Shown here in pieces: positions 27,599 to 42,895 of a stretch of 64,000 nucleotides of DNA. How positions within the stretch are numbered: position 1 is the stretch's first letter; each line of letters begins with the position of its first letter. The position numbers were made by a program, and so were the translations under genes. The stretch is taken from positions 163,246,001 through 163,310,000 of the forward strand of contig OX597816.1 of the NCBI GenBank assembly GCA_951406725.2, in the 5' to 3' direction. The notes beneath the pieces are model-generated. The model worked only from the letters and a program-made list of their open reading frames with translations, ran no database searches and was not told where the DNA came from. The DNA is from Octopus vulgaris. Taxonomy: Eukaryota.

Positions 27599-28199
27599 GT
27601 ACAACTGAGTGTTAATGCAGCTATGCTCTCGTTCTCTAACAGCCACATTTATGCAGTGTTGCTACGACAACGATAGAAGAGTCGAGTGGGTGTCTTTATC
27701 TTCTTGCGCCTATAGAAGAGCGTAAAAAGAATTAGCAACGACACGTTGCTAATTCTTTTATTTTGCTAATTCACGTTAGGATTTTAATACCAAATCATCC
27801 TCGACTGCGAGTGACGGCTATGGTGTATTGTTAAAAACGGATTAAGAAATTTGTCGTTAAACAATTATTAATATACTGTAAAAAAAATAATTATTAAAAT
27901 TCTGTAAAAACACATGTTATTAAGCATCTGTAAAAACAACCAGCAAACCATTGTGAAAACGAAAAGACAAAAAAAAAGAATTATTAATCCGTTGTAAACA
28001 AATGGCTGAATCATGTAATTAACAAGCAATTGAATTTAATTAATGACTAAACGAACAAGTAAATTATGAAATATTATTAATAATTATAATATTTTTGTAA
28101 ATTATTTGCTCGTTTAATTTATTATTAATATCAATAACTTTAGCAAGAATAACAATAACAATATCAATAGTGATGGTGACAGGTACATTGCTATTGTAG

Positions 28200-28224
28200 C
28201 TGTTCTTGGTGGTGGTGGTGGTGG

Positions 28225-28255
<31 letters not shown>

Positions 28256-28690
28256 GGTGGCGGTGGTGGTGGCGGTGGTGGTAGCGGTGGTGGTGGTAGC
28301 GGTGGCGGTGGTGGTGGTAGCGGTGGCGGTGGCGGTGGAGGTGGTGGTGGTGTAGTGGTGGCGGTGGTGGTTGTGGTGGTAGCGGTGGTGGTAGCGGTGG
28401 TGGTGGCGGTAGTGGTGGCGGTGGTGGTGGTGGTGGCGGTGGCGGTGGAGGTAATGCGGTGGTGGTGGTGGTGGTGGTGGTGGTGGTGTGGTGATGGATG
28501 TCGTGATGGTGGTGGTGATGGTGGTGGTGATGGTGGTGGTGGTGATGGTGGTGATGGTGGTGGTGGTAGCGGTGGTGGTAGCGGTGGTGGTAGCGGTGGC
28601 GGTGGAGGTGATGCAGTGGTAGTGGTGGTGATGGTGGTGATGGTGGTGGTGGTGGTGGTGGTGGTGGTGGAGATGGTGAATGTGGTGCTG
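28200..28690. repeat. Degenerate (GGT)n low-complexity tract
   Basis: Seen directly in the sequence. Confidence 0.9.
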
Positions 28691-29059
28691 TTGGTGAGCG
28701 GACCTTTTTTTCTTTATATTTGCTGATTTTTAGTCCCAAGTCAGCTCCGACTGAGTACATTAACGATTTAATGCACTCCAACAATGACCATCCTGTCCTC
28801 CGAAGAAATCACTGACTAACAAACACTACGTTATTTAACATGTTTTGCCGTTTTAAGACCAGCAATTTGAGGAAGATTTAGTAGCTATTTCTAGTAGGTC
28901 AACGAACGATATTGAGTCTTCCTTGTTTTGCCCAGTATAATAGATCGATCAAAATATTAGGTGATTATGTGCTGCATATACACACGCGCGCACACACACA
29001 CACATACGCACGCACATACACACACTCAAGGTGCTTGTGTGTGTATCCTATTCATTTCT

Positions 29060-29277
29060 TCTATTTGTTTCAGTCATTTGACTGCAGCCATGCTGGAGCA
29101 CCGCCCCTATTTCGAACAAATCGACCCCAGCACTTATTCTTTGTAAGCCTAGTACTTATCATATCGCTTCCTTTTGCCGAACCGCTAAGTTACTAGAACG
29201 TAAACACACCAACATCGGTTGTCAGGCCACGGTGGGGAAGAAACATATACCTATACATAGATATATACATATACATA

Positions 29278-29328
<51 letters not shown>

Positions 29329-29463
29329 TCCATCTACCAAATCCACTCATAAGGCTTTGGTCAGCTTGAGGCTATAGTAGAAGACACTCTCACAAGGTGC
29401 CACGCAGTAGGATTGAACCCGGAGCTATGTGGTTGGGAAGCAAGCTACTTACCACACAACCAC
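29060..29463 (-). mobile_element. SINE type B
   Basis: Family match with an internal (TA)n. Confidence 0.85.
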
Positions 29464-29721
29464 TATTAGTTTCAGGCCCGTAAGGCTATGGTCATGCTGG
29501 AGCAGCACCAGTGTTATCACTCTTTCAGTGGCCATTCTCTTGTGATTGGCTTTTGGTGGACGAAGGAATTCGATATTATTACTGCCCACTTTTGAGTTTC
29601 TTGCCGTGATGTAGGTTCATCTCGGATTTTGGTCGTGTTATTTCATGAAAACATCTACTCCTACTCCATAGGAGTAGCATGCACTACCTTCTAAATAATA
29701 ATAATAACAATAATAATAATA

Positions 29722-29841
<120 letters not shown>

Positions 29842-30022
29842 GTGATGGTGGTTGTGTTGACGACCATGGGCTCTGGAGATTTTTCTTCTTTTTTTTTTTT
29901 TTGGCAAGATACTAAATACATGAATCCCAACCTACTTCAGTACATGGTCCTTAATCGACATGGAAGAGCTGGGACCGCTAAGCATTTTGTCCAAACGGTA
30001 ACAATATTACAAGCTCATTGCC

Positions 30023-30093
<71 letters not shown>

Positions 30094-30102
30094 TAATAAT
30101 AA

Positions 30103-30565
30103 TAAAAGATGGGCTACAGCAAATATTCTGCTCAATACCACATATTTGCTTGTCAGTTATTTGACTTTAACCAGTTGAGCATGTCCCTTAGTGGCTGACG
30201 ATATGTACTTCTCTGGTCATTAGCAGAAGTAGTGGAGGAGCATCGTAGCCATGTGTTGAGAGGGATTCTTAAAGGTTTGGATAATTCGCCTTTGGAAACA
30301 TGGGTGGTTCGTTTAACATCCTTAAACAACCCTTATTCAGGGACCTTTTGAGCGGGATGGGCTACTCGGCCAGAAGAAAAGTCTAACTGGGCCCCACCTG
30401 CAAGGTCATGCGCTGTTTATCTTGATATGAGATATGGTCGCACACATATGGTTGTGATGTATGTGTCTGGTGTACCCTTATCACACTGGTAGTCATGATG
30501 GGTATACTGGGGTTCTTATATTTTACACCAGTGTCACTTTGATGGCATGCACTGCTCTCTCACTC
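30103..30565 (+). mobile_element. (AAT)n-embedded non-coding element E, 5'-truncated
   Basis: Matches 30646-31173 and is flanked by (AAT)n on both sides. Confidence 0.85.
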
Positions 30566-30580
30566 GATAATAATAATAAC

Positions 30581-30645
<65 letters not shown>

Positions 30646-30647
<2 letters not shown>

Positions 30648-31173
30648 GCCCTGATGCAGTACCAGGCTGTGGCTCTCATGGCTTCTGATCTTAACTGATT
30701 GGAAGTGTTATCATGTACATTGTTTTGTCTTGGTATAAAAGATGGGCTACAGCAAATATTCTGCTCAATACCACAGATTTGCTTGTCAGTTGTTTGACCT
30801 TAACCAGTTGAGCATGTCCCTTAGTGGCTGACGATATGTGCATCTCTGATCACGAGCAGAAGTAGTGGGAGAGCATCATAGCCATGTGTTGAGAGGGATT
30901 CTTTGGGGTTTGAATAATTCACCTCTGGAAACATGGGTGGTTCTTTCAACATCCTTAAACAACCCTTATTCAGGGACCTTTTGAGCGGGATGGACTACTC
31001 AACCTGAAGAAAATTCTAACTGGGCCCCACCTGCAAGGTCATGTGCTGTTTATCTTGATATGTGATGCATGTGCCTGGTGTACCCTTATCAGACGGGTAG
31101 TCATGATGGGTATATTGGGCTTCGTATATTTTACCCCAGTGTCACTTTGATGGCATGCACTGCTCTCTCACTC
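30646..31173 (+). mobile_element. (AAT)n-embedded non-coding element E, full length
   Basis: Starts atgccctgatgcagtacc and ends gcatgcactgctctctcactc+(AAT)n. No ORF and no evident tRNA head. Confidence 0.85.
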
Positions 31174-31200
31174 GATAATAATAATAATAATAATAATAAT

Positions 31201-31310
31201 AAGCATACCCAGCTGACAACAAGGAAGAAAGAAAAGTAGAGAGATATGACAGGTTAGCTTGGGAAGTTCAGTAGTTGTGGTCGATGAAAAAAGTAGCAGC
31301 AGCAGTACCA
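31201..31310 (+). mobile_element. R4/Dong-like RLE fragment
   Basis: AYPADNKEERKVERYDRLAWEVQ*LWSMKKV...VP matches the 'K...Y..L..E...LW' RLE segment. Confidence 0.6.
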
Positions 31311-31340
31311 GTGTCACTTTGATGGCATGCACTACCTTCT

Positions 31341-32337
<997 letters not shown>

Positions 32338-32767
32338 TTGTGTTGACGACCATGGCGGTGATGATGACGATGGTCGCTAATTTATCAACTGACAGAATTT
32401 TATTTGCGATCTATGAATGGTATATTTCTTAGAATAAATCAATATGATTTAGAATTCCGAAATCTACCATTTTATCATAAGCATGACGCCTCTTCTATCC
32501 TTCGCTCTGTGACTCCATCACTCCTTAAGAGTACAGAACCGCCCATTTTCGAAACGTTAGCTTTAGACACATTGTCAAAATTATTTAAGTTTTTCATACT
32601 TGCTATCCACGAACAGTTCATTGAAATTTCACTAAGGAACAAGTATGAATGCATGCCACACACACACACACATATATATACACACTTGCATGCATACATA
32701 CATACATAATACCTGCACACATGCATACCTTCATACATACATGTATGTACATATGCACACACATATA

Positions 32768-32970
<203 letters not shown>

Positions 32971-33664
32971 CATAAGGGCACACGTGGCACCTACCTGCTA
33001 GAATAATAATACCTATATAAATATTCGCTTTTGAATATTTAGTCCTTATTAATACATGTGTGTGTGTGTGTGTGTATAAGTATTTATGTATGTATAAACC
33101 CATTTCTTATCTTATAAAAAAAATATTCTTTCTTCTCTTTAACATCACATTTTTTTTTATATTGTTCGTCCCATTTCTCTCATACTCACTAGTTTTTCCT
33201 TTAGTCACGATTATCAAGAAGTGCTTTCTTCCATTTCCTGTAGTGCATTATCAGCTCTGGCTTGTTTTTCTATAATTTCTATTTTAGCACGATGGATTAG
33301 TTCTGACGTGTTTCTCTAGTTTCTTCTCCTTTTATGGACCGACATTATTATTATCTGAATGAGATCGCATATTATTCTGAAGCCTGTTGTTTAAAGGTGC
33401 ACGTGTCACAGTTTTCCATACTTTTATTCCTGAATTTTTGTATTTCAACTTTCCCCCATTCTCTTTGAGTGACACGTTTCTGGTTTAAAGGCATGATATG
33501 TTAATTATACTTAGCTTGATTTCATACTTTCTATGTTGTTGTTTTAATCTTCTTCTTCTTCTTCTTCTTCTTCTTCTTCTTCTTCTTCTTCTTCTTCTTC
33601 TTCTTCTTCTTCTTCTTCTTCTTCTTCTTCTTCTTCTTCTTCTTCTTCTTCTTCTTCTTCTTCA

Positions 33665-33719
<55 letters not shown>

Positions 33720-34303
33720 GAGTGAGAGAACAGTGCATGCCATCAAAGTGACACTGGGGTAAAATATATGAAGCCCAGTATATGCCCATCATGACTACCC
33801 GTATGATAAGGGTACACTAGGCACATGCATCGCAACCATATGTTCGCGACGTGGTGATCTCATATCAAGATAAACAGTACATGACCTTGCAGGTGGGGCC
33901 CAGTTAGAATTTTCTTCTGGTCGAGTAACCCATCCCGCTCAAAAGGTCCCTGAATAAGGGTTGTTTAAGGATGTTGAACGAAACAGCCATGTTTCGAGGG
34001 GTGAATTATTCAAAGCCCCAAAGAATCCCTCTCAACACATGACTACGATGCTCTCCCACTAATCGTGATCAGAGATGCACATATCGTCAGCCACTAAGGG
34101 TTATGCTCAACTGGTTAAGGTCAAACAACTGACAAGAAAATCTGTGGTATTGAGAAGAATATTTGCTGTAGCCCATCTTTTATACCAAGACAAAGCAATG
34201 TACATGATAACACTTCCCATCAGTTAAGATCAGAAGCTACGAGAGCCATTGTCTGGTACTGTATCAGGGCATAGAGCCATTGCCTGGTACTGCGTCAGGG
34301 CAT
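33720..34303 (-). mobile_element. Element E, full length, with a duplicated 31-bp 5' end
   Basis: Reverse complement of the 30646 copy within (ATT)n. 34242-34272 is repeated at 34273-34303. Confidence 0.88.
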
Positions 34304-34319
34304 TTATTATTAATATTAA

Positions 34320-34379
<60 letters not shown>

Positions 34380-34405
34380 CATTATTATTATTATTATTAT
34401 TATTA

Positions 34406-34491
<86 letters not shown>

Positions 34492-35059
34492 GCTGCTGCT
34501 GCTGTTGTTGTTGTTGTTGTTGCTGTTGTTGTTGTTATTGTTGTTGTTATTATCATTATTATTATTATTATAATTAAGCGACGAGACCGATGTTGGTGTG
34601 TTTACGTCCCCGTAAACTCAGCGATTCGGCAAAAAAAGAGATCGATAGAATAAGTACCAGGCTTACAAAGAATAAGTCATGGGACCAACTTGTTCGACTA
34701 AAAAGGCAGTACTCCAGCATGGCCGTGTGGAATTTCCGAACTAAAAGAACTCAGCTCTATATGTACATATGTATGTGTTCATGTTTATTAGACGACCAAA
34801 CTCCAGCATAGCGAAATTTTCATAATTCTTTTCTCTTTTTGCTTGTTTCAGTCGTTTGACTGCGGCCATGCTGGAGCACGGCCTTTAGTCGAACAAATCG
34901 ACCCCCAGGACTTACTCTTTGTAAGTCTAGTACTAATTCTATCGGTCTCTTTTGCGCAGCCACTAAGTTACGGGAACGTAAACACACCAATATCGCTCGT
35001 CAAGCGATGGTGGGAGGACAAACATAAACACACAAATACATACATACATACATACATTT

Positions 35060-35129
<70 letters not shown>

Positions 35130-35736
35130 CTATATTTCCGTGAGAGTTAGAGATTGGGAAGCCAACCAACTAAGTGATAGTACCAATCCAATATACTGCT
35201 TGTAATGTACTCAATTATTTATACTCAGTTGCTAGCTATGGCGTGGCAATCTCGCAATTGAATGTTATATATGGGCAGGGTTAAAAAGTGATTTACCCTT
35301 AATTTATACGGCAAATAAGAAAATGGAGAGGATATACAAAAACGACATACATCAGCCGGTAGACATTCTCGTATGGAAATTTATTCCAAAGTATTAGAAA
35401 GTATTAGAGGAATACATACACATGTAATAACCATGTATTACATACACATGTACTAATATTACAGAAAAGAGCAAAAGATCTGATTGTCAGTGTGTACTAG
35501 TTCATTGCGGCCGTTTCTACCAAGTGGCAACGAAATCATCCATGCCATCTCCATCTCTTCAGTGTTCTGTGGGGATGGGCAGATAAGGTTTGGATGATGA
35601 ATGTGCCTCTAGGCTCCTTCAGAAGGTCTAAGTGGTTGGGAGGGCTAATACATATAAGAAACAGTTAACTATCGATAGCAATAGTAGCTATTAACTGTTT
35701 TTTATATGTATTAGCCTTCACAACCACTTGACCTTC

Positions 35737-36766
35737 GTACAGAGTTTGAATTGTTTCTAGTCCTTGTAGTGATGATGGTGGAGGATATCAACTCCTTACT
35801 TGTTTTTCTAAAATGCTCCATAAAGGTTTAATAATATTGAGATCTGGGGATTGTGGTAGCCAGATAAGATGTTCAACTTTACTAGAATGTTCCTCGTGCC
35901 ATTCAGTAACAAATTTAGGTGCGTAAATTGGTGCATTATCATCCTGAAAGATTGTGTTTCCATCCGAAAACAGTTCCGAACCATAGTATGAATTTGATCA
36001 GATAAAATGCTTAGTAGTGTTGACTATTAATTCTGCCACAAAAGGAAACCATTGGGCCGACGAATTTCCAAGATTTCCAAGATATAGTCCCCCAGATTAC
36101 CACAGATTCTCCTCCATGTTTAGCAGTTGGAAGAAAGTAGTCTGGTCCAAATGCTTCTTTTGGCTGTCTCCACACGTATACTCGGCTGGTGGTCGGAAAT
36201 AAGGTAAAGGATGACTCGTCCTTGAAAATAATATTAGTCCACTGTTCTAAGAAGAAAGTAGTGGTTTTCTAATTTCAGCCCCCCGTCAAATCCAGCTTTG
36301 AGCAACTCCCGGCGAACAACTTTTGAGGAAATTGGGTTCTCGGGATGGTCATTAAGCAGTAATTTTTGGAGTTATAATTTTGTGATCCTTCTAACAATCC
36401 TTATCTGAACGTGTTGCTTTTCTTCTGGAGTTTTGTTTCGACAAGAAGTTTTTCCCTCTTTCTCAAATGCTGTCATTACTTTCGAGAGAGTACTTCTTGA
36501 TACACCAAACATTTCAGCTGTTTTCGTTACGCTATCGCCTACCATACGAGCACCAACAATTTGACCTCTTTGAAAGTCTGATAGATTTGTCGTTTTAATG
36601 AATTTTAATTACCTTTTTTTGATGGTATCTGAAAAGAAACAGCAATTTTAGTAAAACATATTAAGCAACACTAATAATGAATTTAAAAAAAAACAAGCTT
36701 TGACGGTTTTATAGATATTTCAAAATTATGATGCTAGGTGTTTCCATTATTTTCTCAAACCCCCTG
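35737..36766 (-). mobile_element. Tc1-like transposon, decayed transposase, one TIR retained
   Basis: TNLSDFQRGQIVGARMVGDSVTKTAEMFGVSRSTLSKV.. (HTH), DESSF, IFQDDNAP and WLPQSPDLNIIKPLWSILE. TIR end ...aaaccccctg followed by TA at 36766. Confidence 0.92.
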
Positions 36767-36819
<53 letters not shown>

Positions 36820-37158
36820 GACCATGACCATGGGATTGCACCTAGAAAGTTACCCTCCTAGACACAAGTCCGGGCAAGGTTGTTTATGGAAGACCAGCAG
36901 TCGCCCATGCATACCAGCCTCCCCTCTCCACGCCACCAGTGTTATCCAAGGGAAAGACAAAGGTCGATACAGCTTGGCACCAGTGACGTCGCAACTCATT
37001 TCTACAGCTGAGTGAACTGGAGCAACGTGAAATAAAGTGCCTTGCTCAAGAACACGAGAGGCTTCTTTCAGTTTCCATCTACCAAATCCACTCTTAAAGC
37101 TTTGGTCGACCCGCCCGAGGCTATAGTAGAAGCAATGGCGGAGGGAGAAACGCAGACA

Positions 37159-37216
<58 letters not shown>

Positions 37217-37316
37217 GATATCAACAATTGAGAGTAAAATTAATTAATTAATCAATTTCACCAAGTGTTCAGTATGTAAAAGGACCATTTAAGGCGAATT
37301 CAAAATATTACATTAT

Positions 37317-37606
37317 TGAAACTTGACACACACATAGCCCAATGTCATAATTCAAAACTAACGCAGCGAAAATTTTGAAAAGTTAACCCCAGTTCTAAAA
37401 AAATCGATAAATTCGACATGGGGTCGAGAATCAAAAAAAACAAACCACAGACTGTCTAGGGGACGCAACTCAACCTTTTTTACTCTCAAAAAAAAATTTA
37501 CCATAATTTTTTTTCCATTTTTTTGCTATTTTTTGGCTATAACTCTCTAAAAATGCTTTATAGTTATTTCCCTTACAAACCTGAGCAACGCCGGGCGATA
37601 CTGCTA

Positions 37607-37607
<1 letters not shown>
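37317..37607 (+). mobile_element. Helitron 3' portion
   Basis: Shares its last ~120 bp with the 19888 Helitron, including the hairpin and CTAG|T. Confidence 0.85.
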
Positions 37608-37635
<28 letters not shown>

Positions 37636-37642
<7 letters not shown>

Positions 37643-38543
37643 ACAATTGAGGGTAAAATTAATTAATTAATCAATTTCACCAAGTGTTCAGTATGTAAAA
37701 GGACCATTTAAGGCGAATTCAAAATCTTACATTATATAATTAGAGCTTAGTAAAATAAATTACTTTGCCACATACTGAACTTAGTAGAAATAGCAGCCAA
37801 AAAATTTTTTTCTTAGCATTTCTACTACTTAAAGAAAATTTCTCTCAGAGCTGTCTGGAGTAAACATTATCTGAGAGAAATTTTCTTTAAGTAGTAGAAA
37901 TGCTAAGAAAATTTTTTTTGCTGCTATTTCTACTAAGTTCAGTATGTGGCAAAGTAATTTATTTTACTAAGCCCTAATTATATAATGTAATATTTTGAAT
38001 TCGCCTTAAATGGTCCTTTTACATACTGAACACTTGGTGAAATTGATTAATTAATTAATTTTACCCTCAATTGTTGATATTATAATTCATTTCTCTCGGT
38101 CATACTGCCTCGGTTCTCGCGGTTTAAATATAATGTTTGCTAGATAGACCACGTGGGTGGAATCGGGAGTGCAGAATTTTACGCCTGCGCATTTTGAATT
38201 TGTTGACACTGTTTAGTTGGAGTGGTTCATCTGAAGCGACAAGTACGCTGATAGGTAAGTTCCTTCTTTTTAGTGTTTCCAAATCCAAATTAAGAAATTT
38301 TGAGCTGACGAAAGAAATGCTGATTTTATTTGGCTAATCTTGAAACGTTGACGTACTCAAACGATCTATGTACTTGTGATATTTTTCTGTATTTACCCCC
38401 AAACCTTCGTGAGCTGTCTGGAGTAAACATTATCTGAGAGAAATTTTCTTTAAGTAGTAGAAATGCTAAGAAAATTTTTTTGGGGCTGCTATTTCTACTA
38501 AGTTCAGTATGTGGCAAAGTAATTTATTTTACTAAGCCCTAAT
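37636..38543 (+). mobile_element. Non-autonomous PLE/retrozyme-like element with inverted plus partial-tandem pseudo-LTR
   Basis: Inverted repeat 37636-37849 vs ~37870-38080, direct repeat 37848-37978 vs 38411-38543, a hammerhead at 38299-38361, and (TA)n at both ends. Confidence 0.8.
38299..38361 (+). ncRNA. Type I hammerhead ribozyme motif, intact core
   Basis: tttgag-CUGACGA-AAGA...UCUU-GAAAC-guugac-GUA-ctcaaa. Stem I is a perfect 6 bp and stem III is ACGU/ACGU. Confidence 0.85.
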
Positions 38544-39872
38544 ATATATATATATATATATATATATGCTTCTTTCAGTTTCCGTCTATCACATCTACTC
38601 ACAAGTCTTTGGTCGGCCCAAGGATATAGTAAAAGACACTTGCTCATGGTGTCACGCAGTTGGACTGAACCCGGAACCATGGTAGTTGGGAAGCAAGCTT
38701 CTTACCACACTGTCACTTCTGCGCCTATATATTTTAAAAAGTTTATTTATTTATTTTTTCCATTGTCAATGTCATCCTGTGAGATGACGTCATGACGTGG
38801 CGATGACATTGTCGATACCGGTTCTGTCGGTGTTCATGTCGCTGAAGAATCAATTTCTTTTGTTTCTTTTTTCTTCTTTTTTTTCTCTTTTTTTTTTGTT
38901 TTGTTTTTTATCTGCTGAAATGAAATCGTCAAAAATTTCAATATTTATAGAAATTATTCTTTTCCGACTTTCTTCAATTATATTTTTCGACTACAATTCC
39001 CAGCAGAACCATTCTACTTCATTATTTTTATTTTTACCAATTCTACTTAATTTATTTTAATTTCTTTATCTTTATTCATAAGAATTAATTGTTAATTAAT
39101 ATTAAATATCACTATTTTCTGCCGACGTTTATGTTAATATTCCCTATTTATTGTTGTTGTGACTGTTGTTGTGGTTTTAGTTAGATTCTTAAGATTTTGC
39201 GAAAACTTTGAACAGACTGTTTATTTTTGTTCCTGCAAATGGCCATATCTCAGGCTGTTCTTCGCATAATTCCAAACATTCTTTAAGATATATATTTTGT
39301 TGATGATGTTGTTGCTGTTTTTTGTTTTCGTTTTTTTCTTTCTTTTTGTCATTGTAGGTGGTGGGCATTGATGCTTTTGTTGTTGGAGTTGTTATCAAAG
39401 TACTTTATTTTCTGCCACGTCAGCCCTGAAGGAGCTAACCCCAGATCAAAGACGTTCCACTCATGACCACAGAGGCTTTCCCCCAGGAAGAGTGAACATA
39501 TGATCAGGTTATATAACACAAGCTACATGTTCCCAGCGTATGCTTTGAGGGAGAGCTGGCTGTTATTTGTACTAAATCGCGTGACTGACAAAAAAGACAA
39601 AATTGATGGTGGTGATACTATTATTATCATTATAGGCGCAGGAATAGCTGTGTAGTAAGAAGCTTGCTTCCCAACCATATGGTTCCGGGTTCAGTCCCAC
39701 TACGTGGCACCTCGGGCAAGTGTCTTCTGCTATAGCCTCTGGCCGACCAGAGCCTTGTGAATAAATTTGGTAGACGGGAACTGAAAGAAGCCCGTCGTAT
39801 ATGTATATTATCCATACAATTTCAAAGTAAGGTGATTAAAATCAAAATAAGCAGCAAGGATATCCAGAGGTA

Positions 39873-39961
39873 ATGCAGTACGATCGTTTCATGCAACTCC
39901 ATTTAATTGAACGATGCAATCATTACATCAATTTAAAATCCAGACGAATCTTCAGCTGCAC
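39873..39961 (-). ncRNA. Type I hammerhead motif with decayed stem II
   Basis: gtgcag-CUGAAGA-...-GAAAC-gauc-GUA-ctgcat. A truncated homolog lies at ~62711-62793 (+). Confidence 0.7.
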
Positions 39962-41072
39962 AAAGACATAAAATTTAATGAAATTAGAATAGATAGACAC
40001 AGTATAATTACACCTAAAATTCCCAAGAAGTTATGGAGATAGATACAGAACATGCTGTCTCACTCCAGCATAGAAGTTAAGAAGTTTTTCAAGACGATAT
40101 ACACGGACTCTGCCTGTCACTGACTTTTTTGTTTTTATGGGGTCAGTTTTAATTTATAGACTAGTTTATCAAACCCCTTGTATATCTAAGGTTGAGAGAA
40201 CAGAGGACAGTATCTGTTAGGGGTAGGGCTAAGGAAGCAGACAGACATCATAGTTGGTATAGTCATAAAAATCAAGATTTATTAGAAGCAATATCATGAG
40301 GTTTGGTAAAGGAAAACTTAAAACCAGATGTTAGCTGACAATTAAGGGGATCGCCCACTAGCAGACCATTGATAATGAAACAGGGGCAGTCTTATCATGT
40401 AGTACTATAGTAACATATTTTAAACACTGTTGCTATATTGTATGCAGTTAAAGTTCCGGGTTATTCAGAGGATTATTAAGAAGAATATTATAACAAAAGG
40501 ATAGAAATTTATGAATACTTTTGTGTATATACCAAACTTTTACCACAGTAGAGGGAGGAAAAGAAATTATATAGAAATAGTTTAATATTTATACATATTG
40601 TACACTTAAATACTAACCCATCAGATGGTACCTGTGAATATTGATTAATTGGTATATACTGGTATAACTTGTATATAATCTAAAGAAGTATTCAGGTAAA
40701 GGAACATGCTAATTATATATTAATAAAATTATAATCTAAGCAGTTTTTTTATAAGTAGTGAATATACCAGTATAGTTTTATATAAGCTAAGTATGAATTT
40801 ATAGAGATACAAAAATTAGATTGATTTTATAAAAAAATAAAAGCTAAATATAAAATAATTATTTTATAATTAGCCTTTATTTATGATTATACACACACAG
40901 ACACACACACACACATGTGTATGTTTATTATCACAATATTAATTTGAAAAACTGTAACATTGAATGTGGAACATATATATGTTTACTAATTTATATTATT
41001 TATTTACATCATTATGTATGTGTATATTTTTATATGTATAGGAGTGTGAGTATATGCACTCATATGTATATG

Positions 41073-41188
41073 TATATCTCCGAAGAGGCCTTATGATATA
41101 TTTGTAATTGTCTCATTTATATCTATATATTGACCTACCATAAAATGAGACATACTTATCTACATGGCCAAAACAGCTGTAAGATGTA
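41073..41188 (+). ncRNA. Type I hammerhead motif (U4C, G12A)
   Basis: tatatct-CCGAAGA-GGCC...GGCC-AAAAC-agcu-GUA-agatgta, with an inner hairpin tgtctcattt/aaatgagaca. Confidence 0.65.
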
Positions 41189-41430
41189 ATCTATACTTAT
41201 ATTTATATTTACTTATATTTATATTCTCTTTTTTATATAGATTTTACTTATTATACAACATTACTCTTTTATGTACACTTTTTCATGTACATTCCTTTAT
41301 GTACACTGTTCTGTTCTGCATTTTATGTTTAACCCTACAGTCTGTTATGTGGTGGTTTAACAAAGTATGTGATTGAGTATTATCTGGTAATTGATATTTG
41401 ATTTAGATGTATTTCTCCATTTTCTTATCT

Positions 41431-41499
<69 letters not shown>

Positions 41500-41501
<2 letters not shown>

Positions 41502-41729
41502 TCCCCCACTATTTCTGCTCGTGATCAGAGATGCATATATTGTCAGCCACCAAAGGAATGCTCAACTGGGTAAGGTAAAAAAAAACTGACAAGCAAATCT
41601 GTGGTATTGAATAGAATATTTGCTGTAGCCCATCTTATATACTAAGACAAAACAAGGTATATGATGACACTTCTGATCAGTTAAGAGGAAAAGCCATGAG
41701 AGCCATTGCCTTGTACTGCATCAGGGCAT
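41500..41729 (-). mobile_element. Element E, 5' part
   Basis: Matches the 5' ~230 nt of element E and lies next to (ATT)n. Confidence 0.8.
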
Positions 41730-41756
41730 GCTACTGCCTAGTTCTGCATTATTATG

Positions 41757-41823
<67 letters not shown>

Positions 41824-41955
41824 TCATCATCATCATCATCATCATCATCATCAACATCATCATCACCACTACCACCACCATCAACACCACCACCACCGCC
41901 GCCGCCATCATCATCATCATCATTATTATTTTTATTATTATTATTATTATTATTA

Positions 41956-42034
<79 letters not shown>

Positions 42035-42061
42035 CATCATCACGTGCTTTTTCACTGCAAT

Positions 42062-42670
42062 ACCGAATGGAGCTCAGTGTGCCACGGGTATGTGTGCAGT
42101 GCCTAGTAGTGATATTTTCTGTATGTTATTTATACTTGTTAGTCCTAGTGATTTCGTTATGTTTTTGTCTGAATATTTTTTCATCATACCTAAGGCGCCT
42201 ACTATGATAGGAATTGTTTCGGTTCTTAGACCCTACATTCGAGTTACGTCCCTTTCCAGGTCTCTGTATTTTGAAAGTTTCTCCGTTTCTTTTAGAGAAA
42301 CATTGTCATCTGTTGGTATTGATACATCGATCAGAAAGCATTGTTCTCTTGGTGATCTCTGACAACTATATCCGGCCTATTAGCCTTAATTTCTCTATCT
42401 GTGTGTACTGAGATATCCCATAGTATGGTAGCTTTCTTATTTTCTGTGACCTTTTCTGGCGTGTGCCTATGCCATCTTTTTTCTGCTATTCCATAGTCTT
42501 GGCATAGTTTGCAGTGTATATAGATCATAACTCTGTCGTGTCTTTTAATATATTCCTTCTTAACCTGGATGCAGCCGCCAGAGATTGTATGATTTATTGT
42601 TTCTTCTTCATCACGACATTTTCTGCAGTTACTTGTTATGTTTCTTTTCATTATATGTTTTGGTAATTTC
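42062..42670 (-). pseudogene. R4/Dong-like LINE 3' end (zinc knuckle plus RLE)
   Basis: CRKCRDEEETINHTISGGC...YIKRHDRV...ILWD...NRPDIVV, then after a frameshift IDVSIP...EKLSKYRDL...IPIIVGALG. Embedded in (ATT)n. Confidence 0.92.
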
Positions 42671-42833
42671 TATTATTATTATTATTATCATTATCGTTGT
42701 TGTTGCTGTTATTGTTATTATTATCATTATTACTATTGTCATGGAATACCTAACCTATTTCTTCAAAATCTTCTTAGAGATATATTCTTTATTCATAATC
42801 ATTTTATTCACATAAATAAAAATAACACTTGAA

Positions 42834-42895
<62 letters not shown>

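Noticed and set aside
28191-28784. Pro/His-rich 197-aa ORF, and similar ORFs at 55.0-55.8 kb
   Set aside because: These are degenerate triplet repeats open in several frames, with no domain.
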